From positions 34,372 to 98,371 of the forward strand of contig CALGPW010000013.1 of NCBI GenBank assembly GCA_937959535.1: a DNA stretch of 64,000 bases, read 5' to 3'. Of this stretch, positions 27,061 through 36,804 are shown one piece after another. Numbering within the stretch: the stretch's first letter is position 1; each line of letters begins with the position of its first letter. This stretch comes from an uncultured Candidatus Saccharibacteria bacterium. Its GTDB lineage: Bacteria > Patescibacteriota > Saccharimonadia > Saccharimonadales > Saccharimonadaceae. The translations under genes were made by a program, and so were the position numbers. The notes under the pieces were generated by a model. The model worked only from the letters and a program-made list of their open reading frames with translations. It was not told the DNA's origin and ran no database searches.

Positions 27061-27067
27061 TCAAATA

Positions 27068-27096
27068 TTGATTATTGAGCGTGAAATTGCTATAAT
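27068..27096 (+). promoter_or_regulatory. rpmH promoter
   Basis: TTGATT-17 nt-TATAAT with extended TG. Confidence 0.7.
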
Positions 27097-27106
27097 AACT
27101 GTCATT

Positions 27107-27244
27107 ATGCCAAAGCGAACTTTTCAACCGCATACTCGACACCGCATCAAGACGCACGGCTACCGTGCTCGCCGGGCAACCAAAGCTGGCCGGGCTGTAC
27201 TCAAGCGCCGCCAGGCTAAAGGCCGTGCTCGTATCGCGCTCTAA
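27107..27244 (+). CDS. rpmH: 50S ribosomal protein L34 (absent from ORF track)
   Basis: Translated by hand: [45 protein letters not shown]. Confidence 0.97.
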   Translation: MPKRTFQPHTRHRIKTHGYRARRATKAGRAVLKRRQAKGRARIAL

Positions 27245-27312
27245 CTAGTCGAGGTAACTACAGGTAAATAGCGCTATTTTCGGCGCTATTTTGCTATAAT
27301 GGAATTTATTGT

Positions 27313-27654
27313 ATGATTGCGTCAAAATATCGGTTTCACGGGCATGGCAGCTTGAAATTTTTATACAAAAACGGCCAAGCGGTTAGGTCGCGTTATTTTA
27401 CGGTCAGATATATTACCAATCCTCGCCGCCAGCAGCCGCGCTTTGCAGTAGTAATTAGTAAAAAAGTCCATAAATCAGCGGTTGGGCGCAATCGTATCCG
27501 CCGCCAGGTTTATGAACGCTTGCGAGTTGATGTTTTACCTCGCGTTAAAAACGTCGATATCGCAGTGATTGTTACCAACGGCGAAGCGCTAAGTTTGGCG
27601 CCTGGCGAGTTGAAATCGTCGCTTGATGCTATTTTTGCGCAAATCATCGCTTGA
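27313..27654 (+). CDS. rnpA: Ribonuclease P protein component
   Basis: RFAVVISKKVHKSAVGRNRIRR; follows rpmH. Confidence 0.95.
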   Translation: MIASKYRFHGHGSLKFLYKNGQAVRSRYFTVRYITNPRRQQPRFAVVISKKVHKSAVGRNRIRRQVYERLRVDVLPRVKNVDIAVIVTNGEALSLAPGELKSSLDAIFAQIIA

Positions 27655-27729
27655 TTCGGTAGTTGCCAGCCAAAGAGATGATATAATGGTATAGATAAGT
27701 ACTTGCCGAGAGGAGAATACGAGGCTTTT

Positions 27730-28656
27730 ATGCATGATTTATTCCAATTATTGATTGTCCAGCCGATTTTTAACGCGCTAATGTTATTGTATAGTATCAT
27801 TCCGTGGCACGATTTCGGGCTGGCGATTATTATCTTTACGATTATTCTGCGGTTTGTGATGTATCCGCTGATCAAAAGCCAGCTCAACCAAACCAAGCTG
27901 ATGCGCAAAATGCAGCCGGAGTTGGCTAAGATCAAGAAAAACACCAAAGGCGATCGCCAGGCTGAAGCCATGCAGCAAATGGAACTATACAAACGCTATG
28001 GTATTAAGCCGATGCGTTCGGTGTTAGTACTGGTTATCCAGTTGCCGATATTTATTGGACTTTACCAGGTGATTAGAATCATTATCTCTCTCAAAAGCGA
28101 AGTGATTAGCCAATACCTTTACGAGCCAATCAAAAATATTGATGTTATTCAGTCGATTATCCAGAATCCAGCTAATTTCAACCATACAATGCTTGGGTTT
28201 ATTGATTTGACCAAGACAACTTTTAGCAACCACGGCATTGACTTTTTCTTGTTGGCTTTGGCGGCCGTATCGGCAATTACTCAGTATATTATCACTAAGC
28301 AAACCGCGCCAACTGCTGGTAAAAACCAAAAGCGTTTCCGCGATTTGATGAAAGAGGCAGCTGAGGGTAAAGAGGCCGATCCGACCGAGATGAGCGGTAT
28401 TATGACGCGCGGCATGATGAAGGTTATGCCGGTAATGATGTTTTTGATCATGGTGGGGCTGCCAGGAGCATTGGCGCTTTACTATACGGCGTCTAACTTG
28501 GTGGCGGCCGCTCAGCAGCATTTCTTGCTGCGAAAAGATGCTGAAGAAATGCACGAAATTGCCGAAGAGGCTAGCGCTCCCAAAAAATCGAAAAAAGCCA
28601 AAACCCGCGAGAAAAAAGCTAAAGAAGCGCACATCACGCGGATTAAGGCGAAGTAG
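27730..28656 (+). CDS. yidC: Membrane protein insertase YidC/Oxa1
   Basis: GLAIIIFTIILR, MQPEL..IK, IQLPIF, LALYY; start set at MHDLF after AGGAGA. Confidence 0.93.
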   Translation: MHDLFQLLIVQPIFNALMLLYSIIPWHDFGLAIIIFTIILRFVMYPLIKSQLNQTKLMRKMQPELAKIKKNTKGDRQAEAMQQMELYKRYGIKPMRSVLVLVIQLPIFIGLYQVIRIIISLKSEVISQYLYEPIKNIDVIQSIIQNPANFNHTMLGFIDLTKTTFSNHGIDFFLLALAAVSAITQYIITKQTAPTAGKNQKRFRDLMKEAAEGKEADPTEMSGIMTRGMMKVMPVMMFLIMVGLPGALALYYTASNLVAAAQQHFLLRKDAEEMHEIAEEASAPKKSKKAKTREKKAKEAHITRIKAK

Positions 28657-28668
28657 GAAAGGAGAAGT

Positions 28669-29130
28669 ATGGATAAAGAACAGTCAATTGCCTATGCTAA
28701 AAAATTTGTCGAGGATATTTTGTCATTTTTTGGCGAAAATATAGAGGTCGAGACTAGCTATCAGGATGATATTTTATCGATTGACATTGCTAGCAGCGAC
28801 CTCAATAGTATTTTGATTGGCCGTAATGCCGAGACGCTACGCAGCTTGCAATATATGGTATCGACAGTGCTGCGCAATAATAATGCGGCGGTTACCCGCG
28901 TAATTGTCGATATTGCCGGTTATAAGAAGCAGCGCGAAGAAAAAATTGCCGAAAAGGCTCGCGGTTGGATTGAAGAAGTGCGCCGCACTGGCGATTCGCA
29001 TGTTGCTCATATTAACGCTGCTGATCGCCGGATTGTCCACCGGATAGCGGCTGAATACAGTGATATTCGCACTTACTCTGAGGGCGAAGGCCGCCAGCGC
29101 TATATTATTATTGCGCAGGCGAGTTCTTAG
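28669..29130 (+). CDS. jag: Jag/KhpB-like KH+R3H RNA-binding protein (short form)
   Basis: LIGRNAETLRSLQ, DRRIVH, SEGEG..R; follows yidC. Confidence 0.88.
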   Translation: MDKEQSIAYAKKFVEDILSFFGENIEVETSYQDDILSIDIASSDLNSILIGRNAETLRSLQYMVSTVLRNNNAAVTRVIVDIAGYKKQREEKIAEKARGWIEEVRRTGDSHVAHINAADRRIVHRIAAEYSDIRTYSEGEGRQRYIIIAQASS

Positions 29131-29166
29131 CGGTATAATCATAAGTATAAAGGAAAGGATTGGAGT

Positions 29167-29745
29167 ATGGCTGCTGTACTAATAATCGTAGCGGTGGTGG
29201 TTATCCTGCTGGTTGTCGTGATCGGCGCGGTAATCGGCATGTATAATAGCTTAGTCAAGCTAAATATCAAAACTGACGAATCGTGGAGCGGTATTTCGGT
29301 GCAGTTGAAGCGCCGCGCCGACTTGATCCCGAACCTCGTTGAAACTGTTAAAGGTTATGCGGCGCACGAGAGCGGCGTTTTCGAAAAAGTCACCGAGGCG
29401 CGCTCGGCTATCATGTCGGCAACACACCCGGCTGAAGCAGCCAAGGCTGACGGCGAGCTAACCATGGCGCTCAAGAGCTTGTTCGCGGTATCCGAAAATT
29501 ACCCGGAGCTGAAAGCTTCTAGCAACTTCATGGAGCTGCAAGCGCAAATTACCGACACCGAGGATAAAATTGCTGCCTCGCGCCGCTTTTACAATGCTAA
29601 CGTCACTCAGTTCAACACCAAGCGCAAAGTCTTCCCGACTAATATTTTCGCTGGAATGCTAGGATTTAACGCTGATAAAGAATTCTTCGACGTTAGCGAA
29701 AGCGAACGGGCAGCAATTGAAAAGCCAGTTGAAGTCAAATTTTAA
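29167..29745 (+). CDS. lemA: LemA family protein
   Basis: YNSLV, LKRRADLIPNLVETVKGYA, ENYPELKA, RRFYN. Confidence 0.95.
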   Translation: MAAVLIIVAVVVILLVVVIGAVIGMYNSLVKLNIKTDESWSGISVQLKRRADLIPNLVETVKGYAAHESGVFEKVTEARSAIMSATHPAEAAKADGELTMALKSLFAVSENYPELKASSNFMELQAQITDTEDKIAASRRFYNANVTQFNTKRKVFPTNIFAGMLGFNADKEFFDVSESERAAIEKPVEVKF

Positions 29746-29778
29746 TTATAAAATAATAAATTAAAAGTAAGGAGCTCG

Positions 29779-31128
29779 ATGGAACATTTATTTTTGACAA
29801 ATATCGAGCTCTTTGCTCGTGCTGGCGGCGGCGGATCCGGCGGCTCGGGTGGTGGTTCTGGCGGCGGCGGAGGCGGTTTGCTGGCCGGCATAGCGATGAT
29901 TGGCTTCGTACCGGCTTATTGTATCGGTTCGGCGCTGCGCAAACACATAGGCCAAGAGGGTACGCGGTTTGTGGCTGCGAACGTGATTGGTTTCGTCTTG
30001 ATAATAATAACCTTTGCGTTGATTGCTAGAGGCTGGGTGGGTGTAACTATTGCTTTTGGCGCGCTCGTCGGTATGGTTACTGGACTTTACGAGGCGTTTA
30101 ATAAGATCAAACAAAGTAAGTTCTTGCGCGATAAACTTATGCAAGCTAGCGCTGCCGATCCGGTATGGAATGAACAACAGATAATCGATCACGCCAAGCA
30201 AATATTCCTGCGCTACCAAAGCGATTGGGCGAAACAAGATAGCGAAGCGATTAAAGCTTATACCACCGAAAACTATGCTTATCATGCTGGTTTGATGATT
30301 TATACACTGCAGCTAATGAATCGGACAAACCAAATGTCAGATATCGTAGTGAACGACGCCGAGGTGGTTGATATGCTAGATTCGCCAGATGACAGCCAAG
30401 ACACAGTAACGATTGGTTTTTCGGCGAGCGCCAAAGATTCGCTGGTTGATAACGCTACCAATCAGACATTATTTACCGACAATAGTATGTTCACTGAATA
30501 TTGGCGATTCCGCCGCCATGGCAAAGATTGGTTACTAGACGGCGTCGATCAGGCGACAGCTAACCCAGCGATGTATAATCCGCAAATCGATCAATTTGCC
30601 CGCCAGAATAATTATTGCTATAGCGCTGATATGGGCTGGCTGTTTATACCAAAGCGCGGGCAACTATTTAACGGTGCGCAATTTGGTACATCAGATATTA
30701 ATAACCATGTGGTCGGCTTGTATAAAGAATCATTGCTTGTGCAATTGTATACTTACCAGCGTGCTACTGATAGCTCATCAGTAGTTATCGCTCAAATTAA
30801 CGTACCGAAAGATTACGGCCAAATTATTGTTCGCCGCAAGAAAATGATGCGTTTCGGCGGTGTTCGCGGTCTGGAAAAAGTCGAAATGGAGTGGGGTAAG
30901 TTCAATGAGTTATACGAGGTGTATGCTTCTAATACCGACCAAGCAGCTAGCTTTGAGCTGCTCAACCCGACGTACATGGAGCAATTGGCAGCGCTTGGTT
31001 TCGAGGTCTCAATCGAGGTTGTTGATAACGTAATTTATCTGCACACAGCCGAGCAGGACGCCGATATCGCTGTGTACCAAACTATGTATGATTTAGCGCA
31101 AAAAGCCTTCAAAGAAATGAGACTCTAG
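29779..31128 (+). CDS. Membrane protein with Gly-rich N-terminus, Tim44-like domain and C-terminal DUF3137-like domain
   Basis: ARAGGGG.., TMs, FTEYWRF..W.L..VDQ, F..LY.VY..FELLNP..ME. Confidence 0.65.
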   Translation: MEHLFLTNIELFARAGGGGSGGSGGGSGGGGGGLLAGIAMIGFVPAYCIGSALRKHIGQEGTRFVAANVIGFVLIIITFALIARGWVGVTIAFGALVGMVTGLYEAFNKIKQSKFLRDKLMQASAADPVWNEQQIIDHAKQIFLRYQSDWAKQDSEAIKAYTTENYAYHAGLMIYTLQLMNRTNQMSDIVVNDAEVVDMLDSPDDSQDTVTIGFSASAKDSLVDNATNQTLFTDNSMFTEYWRFRRHGKDWLLDGVDQATANPAMYNPQIDQFARQNNYCYSADMGWLFIPKRGQLFNGAQFGTSDINNHVVGLYKESLLVQLYTYQRATDSSSVVIAQINVPKDYGQIIVRRKKMMRFGGVRGLEKVEMEWGKFNELYEVYASNTDQAASFELLNPTYMEQLAALGFEVSIEVVDNVIYLHTAEQDADIAVYQTMYDLAQKAFKEMRL

Positions 31129-32216
31129 CTTTTAATAGCATTTTCGTAAATTTGCAAAGTTTGCTCGGCCATCCGCCGCCAAGAATACTTAGCCACTTGT
31201 TGCTTGCCTTTTTTAGACAAAGTATTGCGCAGTGATTTATCGGTAATAACGGTATCAATCTTGCTGGCAATGTCCTCAATATCAAGCGGATCAAAGTATA
31301 CTGCCGCGTCGCCGAGAATTTCTGGCATGCAAGAAGCGTTGCTTGAAACAACTGGTGTACCGTAGGCCATTGCCTCTAATGGCGGCAAGCCGAAGCCCTC
31401 GAGCAGCGATGGGAAGACATATGCTAGCGACCGGGTGAAGATCCAATCGCGCTCAGCATCAGGTATAAAGCCGGTGAAGTGAATATTTTTGTACTTTTTT
31501 GACTCGAAATAGTCTTTGTTGCGCTGAGTGGCAGCGTTAATTCGGCCAACTAGCACTAATCCGAGGTCGGGGTACTTTTGTAGTAGTTTTTGGTGGGCGT
31601 CGCCCAAACGGCGGATATTTTTGTAATCAGGCTGTTGGCCGACATAAGCAATAAAGCGCGTAAACGGTGTTTTGTAAGGCTGCAGACCACCCTGATGAAT
31701 CTCGGCAGCTTCATAAATCGTTGTAATTTTATCATCAGCTATCCCGCAGAACGCTTGATATTCGCGTTTGGTAGTGTTTGACACGGTGATGATATGCTGG
31801 CTAGTCTGGGCAATTTTCTTGAATACCCAGCGGCCAACCAGTTGTTTAGCGTGAAAAACTAGCCAATTCTTGTCGGAATTATAAGTATTGAGTAGTGTCA
31901 TGTCATGAACGGTAGTGACGTGCTTGCCGCGATATCGGATTGGCTGCTGTGGCATGCAAAAATGCACCAAATCTGGGCTGAGGTCATCAAGAAAAGTTTT
32001 GAAACCAAGTTGTTCAGCTAACGAATAGTTTTTGAAATCGATAGTTAGGACGTTAAAATTCGAGTTAGTTGGTTGCCAATAGTCTTTATCTTTGGTTGGC
32101 ACGAGTACACTATAAGTATTCTGGTGGTCGATTTTTTGCAAATATTCTAGCAGCTTAACCACGTAAGTACCAGTCCCAGAGTTGATAACGCGGGCATCAA
32201 TAGCGATATGACTCAT
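31125..32216 (-). CDS. Glycosyltransferase family 4
   Basis: IAIDAR, TVHD, KN..RL, FPSLLEGFGLPPLEAM; start at MSHIA (ATGA overlap). Confidence 0.92.
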   Translation of the reverse strand: MSHIAIDARVINSGTGTYVVKLLEYLQKIDHQNTYSVLVPTKDKDYWQPTNSNFNVLTIDFKNYSLAEQLGFKTFLDDLSPDLVHFCMPQQPIRYRGKHVTTVHDMTLLNTYNSDKNWLVFHAKQLVGRWVFKKIAQTSQHIITVSNTTKREYQAFCGIADDKITTIYEAAEIHQGGLQPYKTPFTRFIAYVGQQPDYKNIRRLGDAHQKLLQKYPDLGLVLVGRINAATQRNKDYFESKKYKNIHFTGFIPDAERDWIFTRSLAYVFPSLLEGFGLPPLEAMAYGTPVVSSNASCMPEILGDAAVYFDPLDIEDIASKIDTVITDKSLRNTLSKKGKQQVAKYSWRRMAEQTLQIYENAIKS

Positions 32217-32623
32217 GACGATTCCTTTCTGAAAACAATTCGCTCGTATAGGCAATAATTCCAAATCAAAGAGACGGCCGTGGCAAATAATTTAGCGGCG
32301 AACAAGGAAATTTGTTCATTAGTTATGAAGCTTTTGATTAGCGGTGTAATTAGCCAGATGGTACCGTTTTGCAGCACCCACAAGCCGAATAGCGTGACAA
32401 CTATAAAAGACACTATCTCATATTTGATATTTTTGCTAGTGGATTTGAAGGTGTACTTTTTGTTAGCGAAAAAGCTAAAAACAAAGGCAATACCGGTCGA
32501 GATAGTATTGGCGGCTAGTTTCGGTAATCCTAGAAAGGTCAGTGAAAATAATAGCCCAAAATCAATTATCGTATTTATTGTGCCGACGATAGCGAAACGA
32601 CCAATTTGCGCCTTATTTTTCAC
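32213..32623 (-). CDS. GtrA-like lipid-linked sugar translocase
   Basis: RFAIVGTINTIIDFG, SFFANKKYTF, four TMs; GTG start inferred. Confidence 0.88.
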   Translation of the reverse strand: MKNKAQIGRFAIVGTINTIIDFGLLFSLTFLGLPKLAANTISTGIAFVFSFFANKKYTFKSTSKNIKYEIVSFIVVTLFGLWVLQNGTIWLITPLIKSFITNEQISLFAAKLFATAVSLIWNYCLYERIVFRKESS

Positions 32624-33554
32624 GCTTAGCCTCGTGATATTCCTCGACAAAGTAGCCAGGCCGGTTCTTGGACTCGCTAAAAATTCGAGCAACGTACTCG
32701 CCGATAATACCTAGGCTAATCAGCTGGATGCCGCCTAGAAACAAAATTACTGCCATTAGCGATGAATAACCAGCGCCAGTAGGTACGCCGAATAGGGGTC
32801 GAATTAGCAGATAAAGAATATACAAAAATGCACCGCATGATATAATCATTCCCAAAATCGACGACATTCGTAGAGGCGCAGTGGTAAAGCTAGTGACGCC
32901 GTCAATAGCGAGATTAATCAGTTTGCTGTAGTTCCATTTGGTATCGCCGGCAGCGCGCGGGTCGCGATCGTAGAGCAACTCTTTTTTGTTGAAGCCAATC
33001 CAGCTAAAAAGGGCTTTGGTGTTGCGCTGCGATTCGCGCAGCAGCTTGAGAGCTTCAACACAGCGCCGATCAAGCAAGCGAAAATCGCCAGTATCGCGCT
33101 GAATTGGAATTTGCGTCGACTTTTGCAAAATACGGTAGTACCACTCGCTGGTTTTTTTCTTGAGCCAAGTCTCACCCTGGCGGCTGCGGCGCCGCGCGTA
33201 AACATCATCGTATCCTTGCTCCCAGAGCTCAACCATTTGCGGAATTAGCTCGGGCGGGTCTTGTAAGTCAGCGTCGATAATTACTACTGCATCGCCTTTG
33301 GCGTAATCAAAGCCAGCTAGCATGCCAGCTTCCTTGCCAAAATTGCGCGATAGATTAATATAAGCAATTGAAGAATTCTTTTTGGCTTCTTTTTGAATCA
33401 TAGTCAAGGTGTCATCGCTACTGCCGTCGTTGATAAATAGCAGTTCTAGGCGGTATTTTTTGATCGTTTTTTGCAGGTCTTTTAGACGCGCGAATAACTG
33501 CGGCAACACCGCTTCTTCGTTGTAAGCTGGGATTAGAACAGTAATGGTCTTCAT
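32613..33554 (-). CDS. GtrB/DPM1-like polyprenol-phosphate glycosyltransferase (GT2)
   Basis: IPAYNEE, NDGSSD, SRNFGKEA, DADLQDPP, TGDFRL, two C-terminal TMs. Confidence 0.93.
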   Translation of the reverse strand: MKTITVLIPAYNEEAVLPQLFARLKDLQKTIKKYRLELLFINDGSSDDTLTMIQKEAKKNSSIAYINLSRNFGKEAGMLAGFDYAKGDAVVIIDADLQDPPELIPQMVELWEQGYDDVYARRRSRQGETWLKKKTSEWYYRILQKSTQIPIQRDTGDFRLLDRRCVEALKLLRESQRNTKALFSWIGFNKKELLYDRDPRAAGDTKWNYSKLINLAIDGVTSFTTAPLRMSSILGMIISCGAFLYILYLLIRPLFGVPTGAGYSSLMAVILFLGGIQLISLGIIGEYVARIFSESKNRPGYFVEEYHEAKREK

Positions 33555-33566
33555 AGGCTAATTATA

Positions 33567-34427
33567 TCACTTTATTTTTTGAACAAGCTCACTAATTGAG
33601 TTGGCGGTAATGGCGCCAGCTTGCTGCAGATAAGCTGTCTTGGCGGTCGCCGACTCAAGCGCGTTAGTACCGAGGATAGCGCCAGCGTGTCCCATTTGGA
33701 CGCCGTTAGGAGCGCTATGTCCAGCGATGTAAGCGTAAACTGGCTTACTGATAGATTGCTTAATATAATCAGCTGCCGCAATTTCGCTAATGCCGCCGAT
33801 TTCGCCGATCATTACTATACGTTTAACGCTAGGGTCGTTTTGAAATAACTGTAAACAATCGACAAAACTGTTGCCGCTAATCATATCACCGCCGATACCG
33901 ATGATGTATCGCTGCCCGAAACCAGCCCGTGTCAATAACGACATAGCTTCGTAAGTAAGTGTGCCACTGCGGCTGACAATCGCCGTGTCGCCAGGTGTTG
34001 CCAGTGACGCTGGAATGATACCCAGCAGCTGCCTACCTGGTAATAACACGCCGGGGCAGTTCGGACCGATCAAGACTGAATGGCTGCGGCGCAATTTTTG
34101 CTTAATCTCTAGCATGTCGTGTACTGGTACGCCCTCGGTGATGCAGATGATGAGCGGGATTTGCGCCTGAATAGCCTCTAAAATAGCGGCTTTGGCGTAC
34201 GGCGCTGGCACAAAAATCACGGAAATATCAATGGCAAAACGTTTTTTGATATCGCTAATTGTTCGGAAAACTGGTACGCCGTGAACTTCGGAAACAGCTT
34301 GATTAGGCGAGGTACCAGCGACGATATGCGTTTTGTAATTAAGCATATTTTGCGCGTGAAACCGGCCGTTTTTGCCAGTGATTCCCTGAATTATGACATT
34401 TTTGCCAGTAAAAAGCTGCGGTGTCAT
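33567..34427 (-). CDS. sucD: Succinyl-CoA ligase alpha subunit
   Basis: QGITGK, ITEGVP, GPNCPG, SRSGTLTYE, GIGGD, MGHAGA. Confidence 0.95.
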   Translation of the reverse strand: MTPQLFTGKNVIIQGITGKNGRFHAQNMLNYKTHIVAGTSPNQAVSEVHGVPVFRTISDIKKRFAIDISVIFVPAPYAKAAILEAIQAQIPLIICITEGVPVHDMLEIKQKLRRSHSVLIGPNCPGVLLPGRQLLGIIPASLATPGDTAIVSRSGTLTYEAMSLLTRAGFGQRYIIGIGGDMISGNSFVDCLQLFQNDPSVKRIVMIGEIGGISEIAAADYIKQSISKPVYAYIAGHSAPNGVQMGHAGAILGTNALESATAKTAYLQQAGAITANSISELVQKIK

Positions 34428-35479
34428 GAAATGTCCTCCAGGATTGCTTCTAAACTGTCGAATAGCGGTAAATTATATTGTGCTAGCAGCTGGCGGGCTT
34501 CAGCTTCGCGGTTGCCAGATAGGCGAATGGCGAGTTTTGGTAGGTCAGGAATTTGCCGCTGGGCATCGATAATAGCTCGGGCCACCTCATCGCAGCGGAC
34601 AATGCCGCCGAAGATATTGATGATAATCACGTTGATATTATCGAGAGTAGTGATTTGATGGAAACAATCGAGGACTTTATCAGAAGTAGCTGTGCCGCCG
34701 ATATCGAGGAAATTAGCTGGTGTCAAACCGCTCGCCACCACCGCATCGACCGTTGCCATGGCGAGCCCGGCGCCATTGGCGATTGTAGCAATCGCGCCGT
34801 CACAATTAAGTATGACGAAATTGTGTTCGGTAGAGTTGTCTTCGAATTGCCAATCCAAGTGGCGAAAAGCAGCTGCATCGTCAACGGTAATTTTAGCATC
34901 GCCAGCGATTAACTTACCGTCAGAGGTGAGTACTAGCGGGTTAATCTCTAGTAACAAGCAATCATTGTCAATAAAACAACGATAAGTATTTTCAATAATA
35001 TCTTGCAGCAAGAACGCTTTGTTAGTAATATCGAGATAATCAGCGAGCTCATCAGCTAAAGAGCCGAATTTTTTATTGGCAATATCGCGCCGAAAAAAGG
35101 CTGCAGTATCTTGGCTTTCAATTTCGACACCGCCGCCAGTATGGGCAAGTAGTTCGATGGCGGCGGTTTGGCGGTTAATATTTAGTGAAAAATAAAATTC
35201 GCGGCTGATATCGAGGATTTCTTCGGCTAGCAATTTTGACGGCAAAAATCCCTTGATTTTAAGATTGAACATTTTTCGGGCAACAGATTCTATAGCTGAC
35301 TGCCGACGGACTATTTGCACACCGCCAAGTTTACCGCGCCCGCCGATAGGAACCTGCGATTTCAGAACGATTGGCGCAGCGATAGCTTGTAATTCATTAA
35401 TAGCGAAAACTTTGCCGCGCGGTATCGGCACTTCACACGCTGACAGTAGGTTTTTGGCTTCATATTCTAGTAGGCGCAT
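34424..35479 (-). CDS. sucC: Succinyl-CoA ligase beta subunit
   Basis: LLEYEAK, GGRGKLGGV, LEINPL, NGAGLAMAT.D, NFLDIGG, NIFGGIVRC. Confidence 0.95.
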   Translation of the reverse strand: MRLLEYEAKNLLSACEVPIPRGKVFAINELQAIAAPIVLKSQVPIGGRGKLGGVQIVRRQSAIESVARKMFNLKIKGFLPSKLLAEEILDISREFYFSLNINRQTAAIELLAHTGGGVEIESQDTAAFFRRDIANKKFGSLADELADYLDITNKAFLLQDIIENTYRCFIDNDCLLLEINPLVLTSDGKLIAGDAKITVDDAAAFRHLDWQFEDNSTEHNFVILNCDGAIATIANGAGLAMATVDAVVASGLTPANFLDIGGTATSDKVLDCFHQITTLDNINVIIINIFGGIVRCDEVARAIIDAQRQIPDLPKLAIRLSGNREAEARQLLAQYNLPLFDSLEAILEDIS

Positions 35480-35492
35480 ATGGATTAATCCT

Positions 35493-35532
35493 CCCCGTAG
35501 AGCGTGTTTTGATATAAAAACGTTCTACGGGT
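35493..35532. repeat. Palindromic ~40-bp element, copy A
   Basis: CCCCGTAGAGCGTGTTTTGATATAAAAACGTTCTACGGGT; degenerate direct repeat of 36805-36845. Confidence 0.85.
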
Positions 35533-35533
35533 A

Positions 35534-35833
35534 TTATTCATCTAAACTTTCCTGCATATAACGATAAACGATTGATATGATCTTTTTAACATCTTGATTG
35601 GCATTTTGATACAATAAATTATTAAAAGCTGTTTCTCTAAAATCGCGGATTGGTTTGCTTAGAAGTGCATGAATAAATGATTGAGTACACCCTTCAATAT
35701 GGTTAAAATCAAACACAATCATATTATTGTTTTCTAGATTGGGTATGATTAGCTTTGTGCGTATAGTTTTAGCTATTTCTTTATTCTCAGCAAATTTCCC
35801 TGCTTCATTATACATTTTAACGGTAATCATCAT
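35534..35833 (-). CDS. STAS-like domain protein (DUF4325)
   Basis: AKTIR..II, VFDFNHIEGCTQSFIHALL motif; coupled to upstream ATPase. Confidence 0.8.
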   Translation of the reverse strand: MMITVKMYNEAGKFAENKEIAKTIRTKLIIPNLENNNMIVFDFNHIEGCTQSFIHALLSKPIRDFRETAFNNLLYQNANQDVKKIISIVYRYMQESLDE

Positions 35834-36792
35834 ATAAAACGGGGTTCCCTATATTTAGCACGTTTTCTTTCGCGTATCGCGTTATCATATACTAGACTAA
35901 TCATTTCAAGAAGTGCGTCAAAAGCTTCGTTGTTATCTAACGATATGTCAATTGCAACTAGTGTTCCTTGAAAATCTGGAGCAGTATTAATTTCACGATG
36001 AGGATCTCGTGTTGGATCGGCATAAAGTCTTGGAGTTTTTGTGCGCCGATCGTGTTTTGTAAGCTTATATTCTCCTTTACCGCTATAAATTAAAAAATAG
36101 CTGCGGGATATTTTTGCAATTGATTTAATAAAGAATAGTCCAGCGCCAGCATTATCGTCAGTGCCTCCTTCTTGGCGTGTTGTTCCTGATATCCCAGGTG
36201 TAAGAGCGAGTTTTATAGCATCTATATCTGTGGCTGGATGCCAATGTTCTTGCATGCTTTTCCATATTCCAATCCCAGAATCGCAAATTCCTATACTAAT
36301 CCGATTACTTTTTTTGTAGTATTGTGCAGCTACTACAGCGCCATCTGAAGACAGGGAATGTTCTATAACGTTACGTACGAGTTCGCCTATAACATACTTA
36401 ATTACGCGAGATTTTTCTTCTGGCAAGTGTAGTAAGGGGATCATATCTGAAATAAAAGCAGATTGCTCTTGCGGAGTGCTAATTACAGAAATGGGAATAA
36501 ACCTGCCAGATTCGTCTTTGTGAGTAATGCTAAATGGTGATGGTGTTTTAAGGTATGAATATAAGCCCATCCTGTCAAGGTAGGCGCCAGATTTTGGAGG
36601 TGTATCTATGGTAGAATTTAGTCTTCCAGCTTTTCTTGCTAGAGCAGCTGTCATAACCAAAATAGCAGGGTGAACATTAATCCATTTAGGGTTGGTAGAA
36701 ATATGAAGCTCCGAGGGTTTTGATAGATCAGCTGATTCAAGGAAATTCTCAAAATTGCGGAGCATTCCTTGATTTGAGAAATGAATCTTCAT
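35830..36792 (-). CDS. HATPase_c (GHKL / anti-sigma kinase-like) ATP-binding protein with N-terminal STAS-like region
   Basis: YLDRMG, ELVRNVIEHS (N box), DSGIGI (G1), NAGAGL (G2), FQGT. Confidence 0.82.
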   Translation of the reverse strand: MKIHFSNQGMLRNFENFLESADLSKPSELHISTNPKWINVHPAILVMTAALARKAGRLNSTIDTPPKSGAYLDRMGLYSYLKTPSPFSITHKDESGRFIPISVISTPQEQSAFISDMIPLLHLPEEKSRVIKYVIGELVRNVIEHSLSSDGAVVAAQYYKKSNRISIGICDSGIGIWKSMQEHWHPATDIDAIKLALTPGISGTTRQEGGTDDNAGAGLFFIKSIAKISRSYFLIYSGKGEYKLTKHDRRTKTPRLYADPTRDPHREINTAPDFQGTLVAIDISLDNNEAFDALLEMISLVYDNAIRERKRAKYREPRFI

Positions 36793-36804
36793 AATAGTAA
36801 TTTT

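Noticed and set aside
29815..29880. GGC-rich stretch as a DNA repeat element
   Set aside because: It simply encodes the poly-Gly N-terminal segment typical of Tim44-domain membrane proteins.
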